Notes under the pieces: generated by a model
Told to the model about the DNA's origin: nothing
The model's database searches: none
What the model saw: the letters and a program-made list of their open reading frames with translations, nothing else
Translations under genes and position numbers: made by a program
Origin: Thalia democratica
Lineage: Eukaryota
Assembly: GCA_965202585.1 (NCBI GenBank)
Contig: OZ241829.1
Coordinates: 28,954,001 to 29,018,000 of the forward strand
Direction: 5' to 3'
Length of the DNA: 64,000 bases
Shown: positions 22,501-31,316 of the stretch, in pieces
Layout: each line of letters starts with the position of its first letter
How positions within the stretch are numbered: the first letter of the stretch is position 1

Positions 22501-25146
22501 TATATTTCAGTTTAGTTGAACTTAAAAAAACATTTATTAAAAGAATTTTGTTGTGAACAATTATTAAGTTGTTTTTAACAAAGAATAAAATATAGAAAAC
22601 TTTAAGTGTTTGTTATTAGTACTTCTTGTTATCTACTAGATACATAGTAATTAAAAAACAACTTAGTTTGTTTTTAGTATAAAAAAGTGCTTTTTGCACC
22701 GTGTCAGTTAGAAAACAATTTCAAACTTTTTATAATATTTTGCATTATAAATAGCTATACAATGCAACTATAACAAAGAGGTAGCTCATTATCTAGTGTT
22801 ACGGTTTAAAAAAGTAGATAGAGTGTAAACAAAAAGTTTTGAATGGAATCAATTTATTGTCAAGTTTCAAAACAGTTATTTTTTTTGCAAAGACTCTTTA
22901 GTAAAATAATATTTACAAAACGTTATTTTTACCCCAATTCACTAACCATCAAGGGCAAAACACTTTCCACAAATTCTCATAGTTTCTTTTTCTTCCTTAT
23001 CTTTAACCCCGTGGATTCTGTGAGCGCAAACCATCACACGCTTACCAATACCTAACAATTAATATTCTTATTAGAACTAATTCTATTTGTTTAAGAATAA
23101 AACTTAATTGTTTTTGTAAGTCAGCGTGATTTAAAAGGCTTGTAAGGTATTTATTTTTTATATACCTACAAAATATTTCCCATATAATAGTTCATAAAAT
23201 AAAATTCTAGTAATTTTTCAATAACCAAATTTTATAAAACATCTTAAATAAATAATTTAATAAACTTAAATACCTTAAAACCGATTCCCATATATTTTTT
23301 TATGAAAATATTTCCTAGTGGTTTTTCAATAACTTAAAATTTTTGATTGTTTTGTTTTTGTATAAAAACACGACTGGTATACTATTTTTAAGTTTTAAAA
23401 TAAAAATTGAAGTACTAATAGGTGTTTTATGTAATGTAGGGACACACTTTCTTTTAAAGAACTTGTAATACTACTTATTGTTTGAATTAACAATTACTGT
23501 TTATAAACTGAAGTTTTTGACAGATAGTGTTATCGATGACTACAGATAGTTTTTAATTGTTATCTTGGACATGAAAAACCTTATTTATGAAACATAGTTT
23601 TAGTTAGCTTCATCATAGTACAACAAAAAAATTTTAAATTTCAAAATTATAGTTAGCTAACTAATATGTTATATTAGATTAATTGAGATTAAAACGTCAA
23701 AAATATCTCTTTGTTATAAAGTTCTTTCTCCTTTGGGAGTTATACTCTCAAAAAGGTAATAACGTTGTATCGACGAAATAAGCATTGTAACACAATATAA
23801 ACTATAAGTAAGTTGTATAAATAATATAAAAACTACAATTCTTTGATGAAACATGTTTAATACAAAGCTCAAAGACTTTAAAAGCCGTTAGTTTTCAATA
23901 GCTGAAAAAAATTATTTATAGTTCAGAAGTACATACAATAAAATAGATAAATTTATCAAAAAAAGCCGAGTGAAACTAAAACCAACCCTGGCTCTTCATT
24001 GAAACTCCCAGCCACTCGTCCGTTTTGTTCCACGTCACGGTGCTTCCCCCTTGGTCCACCTGAACCCTCGCGCAGTCCTGCCGCTGGGTGGTGTAGGGGC
24101 AAGAGTACACGCCACCAGGGGCGGTCGAGAGCGGTTGGCTTGGCAACGCGGTGGCGGTGGGCGCCCCAATCGCGAACATGCTCGAACCCGGTTCTGTATT
24201 GATGGGGTTATTATATTTATTATATTATTTTATTTATTTATATTTTATTTATTACCAGCTATTATAATTGCAAATATCTATTATATTTAAGTTTATAGGT
24301 TCTTAAAAAATCAACAAGGTTATAATAAAGTAAATTTGTATAAAAACACCTGTTTCTTTTATGAAAGATTTAAAAGTATCAAAAACTGCCTGTGTTCTGA
24401 AAATATTTAAAAAATAGTTTAGAAATAAAATGCTTCTTCTTTTGTAACTTAAGAATGAAGGAGGAAAACTGAGAGCACAAGTGTGAATTTAAATTTGACT
24501 AGTTGTTGAATGAACTAAGGGTTTAATTTATAGTTATGGAAAGTTAGATAAATTTTTGTAATTTTTAAAAGTAAAATGTTTGATATTTTCTCAAAAAAAA
24601 GTTTTAAGAAACCAAAAGTGTATTGAATTATGTTTATAAAAAAAGTTATAAAAATTGTAGTGCTAGTTGTAGGTAACGATTTAGAAAATTTCTGCTCATT
24701 TTAAAAAAACTTCTGAAGAAAGCCAAAAGTTTAATAGAAAAACTTAAAAATACTTTTTAGGGTATAAAAATTATTTACACTTTGCAGTTACTCAGTAGCA
24801 ACACGCAGAATATTTAAGTAGATAGTCAGCTAAGTAGTCAGCTTTATTAAACAAACATAAAAAAAATTAGAACTAGCTTGAAAACTGTGTTGTAGACAGC
24901 TTTTAAAGTTTAATCAAAATTTTAAAATCAAACAACTTTGTATTTCTAAAGGCAAAAAAAAAACGCTTTCTTTCAAGAACAGATACTTAACAAACCATTT
25001 GATATTTTGTGCATGACCGTCGAATAACCGAACAGCGATCCGTCGACTCCCTTCTTGTAGTAGGGTAGCCTCTCCTCGAAGCTGTACCCGTGTGTCGTCA
25101 TGACGACGCATGACGTAATCACCAGCACCAGGCACAGTGACGTCAT
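1478..25146 (-). CDS. ITGA: Integrin alpha subunit (no I-domain; laminin-receptor PS1/alpha3-6-7-like), 24 coding exons, 1094 aa
   Basis: All 23 introns are GT-AG with compatible phases; exon lengths sum to 3285 nt with no internal stop. Motifs: signal peptide [20 protein letters not shown] repeats (SLFGYS..AIGAP, SYNGFSV..SGAPR, SSFGYS..VGAPQ, SFFGQT..IGAPK), Ca loops [27 protein letters not shown], genu CGDDDVC, RRPR furin site, [32 protein letters not shown] and VGESAM resemble vertebrate alpha6/7 (from memory, not searched). Confidence 0.95.
1895..2046 (-). CDS. Integrin exon 23 (transmembrane + GFFKR)
   Basis: catacag|GTG..AAA CA|gtcagt; [50 protein letters not shown]. Confidence 0.95.
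2428..2553 (-). CDS. Integrin exon 22
   Basis: aaacag|TCC CGA GTG TGG..GCT TCC|gtaagt; [18 protein letters not shown] (calf-2). Confidence 0.92.
2571..2930. repeat. Degenerate tandem repeat (about 6 units of 40-75 bp) in integrin intron 21
   Basis: Recurrent aaaat(g)tgacatatact(g/a)gtttac..acac(t/c)t(g/a)ag units. Confidence 0.55.
3267..3380 (-). CDS. Integrin exon 21
   Basis: taacag|TCG..CTC ACG|gtgagt; [38 protein letters not shown]. Confidence 0.92.
3734..3879 (-). CDS. Integrin exon 20 (contains RRPR heavy/light-chain cleavage site)
   Basis: acacag|GC GCG..TCC AAG|gtattg; [25 protein letters not shown]. Confidence 0.9.
4835..4999 (-). CDS. Integrin exon 19
   Basis: ttacag|GC ACC..CTG G|gtcagt; [41 protein letters not shown]. 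Confidence 0.92.
5771..5870 (-). CDS. Integrin exon 18
   Basis: ttgcag|GTC CGT..AAC G|gtttgt; [33 protein letters not shown]. Confidence 0.92.
7228..7454 (-). CDS. Integrin exon 17
   Basis: ttgcag|CG TTC GAG..AAA CAG|gttcgg; [22 protein letters not shown] (calf-1 CDLGNP motif). Confidence 0.92.
8641..8790 (-). CDS. Integrin exon 16
   Basis: ttttag|AT GCT..ACA G|gtgcgt; [30 protein letters not shown]. Confidence 0.92.
9124..9330 (-). CDS. Integrin exon 15 (genu)
   Basis: acacag|AG TAC..TAC C|gtgagt; [32 protein letters not shown]. Confidence 0.95.
10734..10817 (-). CDS. Integrin exon 14 (AT-rich)
   Basis: tttcag|GT GAA..CTA G|gtatgt; [27 protein letters not shown] supplies the thigh C..(D)KL(D)PI motif; 27/84 GC. 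Confidence 0.85.
11568..11725 (-). CDS. Integrin exon 13
   Basis: ttgcag|A TAC..TCT G|gttaga; [28 protein letters not shown]. Confidence 0.9.
13452..13586 (-). CDS. Integrin exon 12
   Basis: tttcag|G TCC AGA CCG..CTC AA|gtgagt; (R)[20 protein letters not shown](K). Confidence 0.92.
14647..14824 (-). CDS. Integrin exon 11 (FG-GAP 7)
   Basis: tcgcag|GA ACG..CTC AG|gttggg; ..[25 protein letters not shown].. Confidence 0.95.
15432..15583 (-). CDS. Integrin exon 10 (FG-GAP 6)
   Basis: actcag|T GAA GTG..AGA G|gtttgt; [50 protein letters not shown]; this is the only in-frame phase-2 acceptor. Confidence 0.9.
15818..16025 (-). CDS. Integrin exon 9 (FG-GAP 5)
   Basis: aaacag|GC GTG..ATA GC|gtgagt; ..[38 protein letters not shown]. 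Confidence 0.95.
18431..18454 (-). CDS. Integrin exon 8, candidate 24-nt symmetric microexon
   Basis: caacag|AA CTC TAC TAT AAG ACA CGA GGA G|gtaaga; phase 1-1, (K)LYYKTRG(G); the frame is also kept if it is skipped. Confidence 0.6.
19002..19141 (-). CDS. Integrin exon 7 (FG-GAP 4)
   Basis: aaacag|G TTT CCC..AAA A|gttggt; [32 protein letters not shown]. Confidence 0.95.
19544..19649 (-). CDS. Integrin exon 6
   Basis: tcacag|GG GGA CCT..GCA AA|gtacgt; [34 protein letters not shown]. Confidence 0.92.
20620..20736 (-). CDS. Integrin exon 5
   Basis: ttacag|AG AAC TTC TGC..GTC G|gtcggt; [38 protein letters not shown]. Confidence 0.9.
22331..22375 (-). CDS. Integrin exon 4 (45 nt, AT-rich)
   Basis: tcacag|GA ACT..ACA A|gttagt; [14 protein letters not shown]; phase 1-1, fills the acidic linker expected before the FC motif; 14/45 GC. 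Confidence 0.72.
22947..23051 (-). CDS. Integrin exon 3 (AT-rich)
   Basis: tgttag|GT ATT..GAT G|gttagt; [23 protein letters not shown] supplies the conserved V.CAHR..G.C motif. Confidence 0.92.
23987..24193 (-). CDS. Integrin exon 2 (FG-GAP 1/2)
   Basis: atacag|AA CCG..CAG G|gttggt; [33 protein letters not shown]. Confidence 0.95.
24996..25146 (-). CDS. Integrin first coding exon (signal peptide + start of blade 1)
   Basis: ATG at 25146; [51 protein letters not shown]|gtttgt. Confidence 0.92.
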
Positions 25147-28100
25147 AATCGATTTGCTGTTGTCGTTTGTTTTCTATTTGAACTCGTCTGTTGTGTGTCG
25201 GTTAGTGTTTGTGCTTAAGTCATTACGTTAGCTGGAATGGATACTTTGCGTTTGTTTTCGTTTCTACGCTTTAAAAAATGCTACATAAATACTTTATCTT
25301 ATTTTTGATTTTTCATTTTACTTAACAAAGTTAAATATTTTTTTAGTTTTATTTAGGTTTACTAAAAACTCGGAACACATTATAATGTATTAACATAATA
25401 TTAATTTTAAACAGCAGTGTAGGTAAAATCTTAAGCTTTATATTTTTGAAGGATATTTATAGTTGAAAGTCTAGTTTTTTCAAAATAAATATTACATTTT
25501 AAAACAATGTTTAAGTCAAAAGTCTAAGGTCAACACAAGTGCGTAGTTGTACATATTGTAACATATAAGTTAATACCAAAACATAACATTTTAAAACTTT
25601 TGAGACTTTTGTAGCTTCTAAAATATAAAAAAAGACGTATTTATAACATATACATAAACTTTTGCAAAACTTTTAAGACTGTTTCTTTTTTATGAAAAAT
25701 AACTGCTTAATATTAAAAAAAAGTAAAAATAATTCTGACCTTTTTCACTTGCAATGTATTAAACACACGTTAAACTAAATATACTAAAAAATTAAGTAAA
25801 CCAAGTAAAACCTATCTAAAAAACAAATATTTCAAAGCCGCTGTAATAGAGCCTTAAGATAGTTTTAAATATATAAAAGAATTTAAAAATTTAAAACAGT
25901 TTAGAAGTATAGAACGGCTACTGTTAGCTTTATATGAGCTGGAGATTGGAATTTGTAAATTTCTCATTTGTGTTAAGTTTTACCACAACTATTTGAGCTT
26001 GAGGCACTGCTTTTACTTATTACCGTGACGGCTAGAAGCATTTTTATACTTTGAATATAAAAGTCGGTTTTTCAATATAAAATTAGAAACAAAAAAATTA
26101 TTAAAAATCTAAGATTAGTAATTTTTGATATTACGGTTAGACTCACAATGATATGCACTTGGATATTATTTTTAAACAAAAGTTTAGAGTTTAAAATCGT
26201 AATTTAGTTTTTAACACAGTACAATTGTTAAATTATTTTTTTTTAAAGTGAAAGTAAAAGTTTTTAATACCTTAAATTGTAATCAACAAATGTCTTAAGG
26301 GTAAATTATAAAAATTATAAATCAGAGTAGCTTCAAAAACGCAGTTTTTAAATCTTTTATAAAAACGTAGTTAGAAAAACTCAAAAACACTTAAATAACT
26401 ACACAGTTTAAAATAATTTAACTTTAAACTAAACATCTGTACTAGTTTAAAGAAAGAGTATAAAAAACAAAAACTAAAAAATCAAAAATTGTAGTTTAGT
26501 TTGAGAAAGTATAAAGAAAAACTTTCTAAATTATCAATTTAAACAAACTTCATTTTAATGTTTCAATTTTTTTAAATCAAAAGCTACCAAATACGTGTTA
26601 TTTGTAAAATTAAGACTGCAACAAAAATTTACTTCCACAGTTAAAGTTTATATGTAGGTTACAAACTTAAAAATTTAAAATAAAATCCAATAAAACTAAA
26701 AGACGATGAAAGCATTATCAAACAGAAATGTAGATAAATAAATATTGATTCATTAACAATGTTATATAAATATAGATACAAACTTTAAAAGCTTTAAATA
26801 CGAAATTAATAAAAAAACTTAAAACTTACAATTGAAAACAAGTGAAAAGCTTACTTTAAGACAGTATCTAAAAATACTGTATAAATTATTTTTTAACAGA
26901 TTTTTCCTAATACAACAAAAGTTCAAATTTAAAGATTATAGCATTGTATGCATTGTTATAATATAACTGCTTTGTCACGCATCATAAATACTCAAGTACA
27001 CCGGTCAAGTAGTACTCATTAAAATACTTTCACATATAGCAAGTATAATTCAATAACTTAGATGGGTTCATGCAATAAACTTTATTGACTCATTGAAATG
27101 TTTTAAAAGTTTGGTATTATAAAAAAAGACTAAAAAAGTGTTAATTTTATTTAGAAAAAAATTATCAAGCATAAGTTTATAAAAAATATAAACAAATAGA
27201 AAAACTGTATTAAATGTTTTATAATGATGTTATAACAAGCTAATGTCTTTTAAAAAACTAACTGAGAATTCATACTTTAAAGAAATAGTATTAAACCTTT
27301 GCAGAAATTTAAAGGTTAAAAAATTAAATGCACAGTAGGAAAAATAACAATAAAAGGTGAACAAGTTTAAATTAATTTTAAGTAAAACAGTAGAACAATT
27401 TAAGATAATTCTTTTCCGAAGAAAATTTTTCTTAGTTTATGAAAATCTTTTTTAAATAGTAAAACTTTATAACTTTTGTAAAAACCCTATAGTTGTTCTA
27501 CAAACTAAACTTCTTAATCGACAAAAATGTGTTGCTAGAAATAAAATAGAATCTGAAAAAAAATTGGCATTTTTTTTTTACTTTTTCTTTAAATAACTTT
27601 ATCAACAATTTAACATCTGCTGTAAAGCAAAAACGGTAAAGCATTTTCAAAAAGTCTTAAAAAATATTAACTACATTAATCATGTGTTCCTAGATAAAGT
27701 ATATTTCATGCATTTTTGAAACAGATAAATTAAAAGACAGTACCAACAAAAGTACTTGTTTAATGTATTTATTCTTTTTTTGTTAAAGAAGTTTAGCGGA
27801 TTTAATCTTAAAATTATTTTTCAACAACTTTCGCTAAAGAATTCAGTATCTATATAAACTTTTAAATAAGCAATGAGACACAAAAAAAAAACAATAAAAG
27901 CTTACAACGAGGAAGTTTTTGCTAAATTCAAAATTTTACAAAAGAGTACAAAAAATAATTGTACTCGTTTTAAAAACAAGTAAACACTTTAAAAAATGGC
28001 CATAAAAAAGTGTTTAGGACAAAAGGCGGTGTCAAATAAGCTATTATTATATTGCTGGCATAAAATGTTAATCAAAAGTGAAACAATACAAACAACAAAC

Positions 28101-28260
28101 ACAAAATCCACATCAATTGCTCACTACTTGCGGGCATTTGTTTTAGTAATAAAAAAAAACATACAAGTAAACAAAATAGTGCAAAAACAAAGTGTTTTAA
28201 TTTAAAGTTCGTAACAAAGATAACTGCTCATTCTCACCACTTTCTTCTAAGCAAGATAAA

Positions 28261-28420
28261 CATGATAATGACGTAATCACTCAAATTCGCATCCATGTAT
28301 TGCGTCACAGTTTACAGACGTCGTGATAATATCAGCTGTCAGTTGAGAGCTTTCCTCGTCTAATGATGAGAAATAAGATAGCATTAATGTTAAGCATTAA
28401 GTTTAACTCATTAACCCACT
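28261..28420. promoter_or_regulatory. Candidate cis-regulatory module upstream of the integrin
   Basis: Non-coding island richer in CG than its surroundings, with TGACGTAA (28269), TGCGTCA (28301), GACGTC, GATAA, CAGCTG (28333) and several TAAT; motif inspection only. Confidence 0.3.
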
Positions 28421-31025
28421 TAAATTAAACAAAAGATAAACAAACTAATAAAACGAATTTTGATTAAATTACAAATTACTTGAACATATTCTTAATTTCT
28501 AAAGTAAATGAGACAATATTAAACTAAAACTTTTGTTGTAAAGTGTTTGAAAAACCAAGCCAGTTTAAGTTTATTTCATAGTCTTAAAAAAAAATTAAGG
28601 CACTATTTTGCCAAGCCTAGTTGTTTCAAATGAATCAAAAATCGTCAGTTTACTTTTCAAAAAATTAAGTAGTTAGTAGTAGAAAAAAGAACTCAAAAGT
28701 ATAAGCATAATATAGCTCGACTACTAACTAAATACAAAACTGAAATTCCACTCATTGTAAGCTTTTTATAAATACTTAGATCTTACTTACTTACTTAGTT
28801 TACTTAGATCTATAAATAAAAAAAAACTGTAAATTTTTTTTAACATTCTAAGTAGTAATCTAAATATTTATAACCATTACAGATAATAACGATACAAAGT
28901 TAAACTAAAAACACAAGTTCTTTAAAAATATAACTAACTCAAATAACTAAAAATAAAGTTAAAAGGGGAGTTTAAAAGAGAATAAAATGTATTAAGCTGT
29001 AAACAAAATATAGTTTTAAATATTTTTTACAAACAAGTTAATTTTTTTTTTACTAACTTTAAATACTTAAAACCGATAAATAATCTTATAATGTTCATTT
29101 GTGTTTTTAAAACAATAAAGAATACAAACTAAACAAACTAACGTTGGTTATACAATGCAAAAAAAAAAAGTTTTTCTGTTTAAATAACACAAGCAAAAAG
29201 TAATGAAACTATCTTAAACTAAAACCAAAGTTTACCTTTGGCTTTTAAACTAGTAAAAACCAAATGGAACTGGTATTTTACTGTCTAAGGTATTTTTTTA
29301 AATGTGTTTTAAGTATGCAATATTCTAACAATGGCTAGATGCAGTTCCTACATATACAAATAAAGCCATCTTAGTTTTCTTAACATAGTAGATAACAAAC
29401 AAAAATTAAACTATAAAATACTTAGTTTTATTTGAATATACGGACTATATGCTGCGTAGAATTATTGATACAAAAATTAAGAGTTTTGTATTAAAAAAAG
29501 TAAAGTTAACTAGAAAAAAGCAAAAGTAGTTAACAAACCAAAAAAGTATCTTAGTGATAAACAAAATACGCAAACTTGAAAGTAAACAAAACTAAACTAG
29601 GTCAAAAATAAGTATAAAAAAATTCAACGCAAACCATAAAAATACCGGTATAATGTGAAAACAAATCGACATAAAACTCAATGTAATTTTGACAATGAGA
29701 ACGAAATCACGCAATTGTCGGAACGTTCAATTGTCATCAAATATTTGTGTGTGCCGAGAGGGCGTATTGTTCGACACGCTCGAACGATCACGCTTTTCTC
29801 TCGCGTGTTGGAGATAAAAGAGCAGTGTTTCCAAACTGGAAAATAAGCAAAATTGGTTTGGGCAGACCAGGTCCGCATTTTGGTGACTTTTGAACTTATT
29901 TGTTGGGTTTCGTTTTTGTGTATCTAAAAATAATAAAAACTTTGTTTAGTCAGTTTGTATATTAATTAACAATTTTGCTTGTGTTATTTTATGAAACAGA
30001 AAAAATTGTTCCGTTTTGTACATTTACTTAATTTAAGCATAGATTATTGTTAGTCGGGTGTTTTGAGATAAGAAAAAAATAATAACACTAACCAACATTT
30101 TTAAACTAGATTACTGGCAGCATTAAAAATGTGTTAATTAGCTAATAACATTTGAATAGTGAAGTATTAAAAAAATTTAAACCTTAAGAAACCACTTCTC
30201 TTATTTTTTTTAAGTTGTCAAGATTCTTAATTAAAATGAGTATTTTTGTTTTACAAAAATTTATGTTTTTCAAATACAGCATATAATTTTTTTTTATCAA
30301 ACAAACTTTTTTGGTGTGATATTAAGATTAGGTTTAGAGAAACAAATGATAAATATTTATAATTTTTTTTTCAAAACCAAGTTTAAAAATATTTAGATAT
30401 TAAAAAAACCTTTGCGTTAAGAATTATCAGTTATATTTATGGTTTGCTAAGACTAAAATCTTTCTTTTTAAATAAAAACAAAATAAATTATGTTTAGGGT
30501 AATAAGAACGATGTATGTGTACGTGTAACACCATTTCAAAAGATAGTGGTATAACTAAGCAAAAAGTTTAAAATGTTAGAAAAATTGTTCATAAATCCTT
30601 TTTTTTAAAGCTCGAAATGATTATTTATCACTTTATAACTCGTCAGGCAGGTTTTCTTATACTTCACATTAGTACAGTACATTGTTATTTCAATGAAAAA
30701 ACCGCTCAAAATTTGATCTGAGGAGCTGGTTTCCCAAAGAAAAAAATGCTTATAGAGTTTTACACCACGGTTTTAGTTTAACATCGTCATACTTATTGTT
30801 TACTTACTTGTTTAAACTCTTTGTACAAGACACACTTTAAGCTAATTCAAACACTTTATTACTAAAGGGATAACAAATTAGTGATAGATTGATTAAAAAA
30901 AGTGTTGAACAACAAGAATAAATTCAAAACTGTTCAAATTTATAACATTTATTTCCAACAAAAACAAATCGCAACTTATAAACTCTCAGCAAAAAAAAAA
31001 AAGCATCTTACGAAATTCAACTCAC

Positions 31026-31316
31026 CAATCACTTGTGAAACGCACTCTGCACTGAGGACAAGGTGGAGTTCTGCTCAAACCGCTCCCTTGTGCATCCCTC
31101 GCAGTAAACGTGGTCGCAGTCCAGACGCATCTTCCCTGCAACAACCCCGTCGATGCAGATGGTGCAGCTCGCGTACACGCAGTCGTCGTCGGCGTCGTAA
31201 CAGGGGAACCTGTCGACTACGGAAGCGGGAAGACCGTCGTTCGGCTGGTGCTCGTCTTCTGGGTCGAGATCCACCTCGGAGTCGTCAAGTGGAAAACGCC
31301 GTAAAGTAGAACACAT
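31026..31316 (-). pseudogene. RING-HC finger ORF with +1 frameshift (probable pseudogene or sequence error)
   Basis: ATG 31316 ..GLPASVVDRFP..CTICIDGVVAGKMRLDCDHVYCEGCTRERFEQNST; removing one T at 31060/61 continues as CPQCRVRFTSD and completes the 8 Zn ligands; bounded by ttctacag| (31332) and TG|gtgagt (31026). Confidence 0.75.

Noticed and set aside
1478-25146. Non-canonical introns or a variant genetic code
   Set aside because: Every intron resolved as GT-AG and the CDS translates without stops in the standard code.
25997-26010. cttgaggcac match to the end of exon 12
   Set aside because: Only 10-11 bp, 12 kb away; plausible by chance across about 46 exon edges.
7264-31309. Plus-strand ORFs overlapping GC-rich exons (e.g. 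7264-7590, 9025-9261, 14652-14879, 15748-16065, 30902-31309)
   Set aside because: Antisense shadows of high-GC3 codon usage, which removes stops from other frames; no independent motifs.
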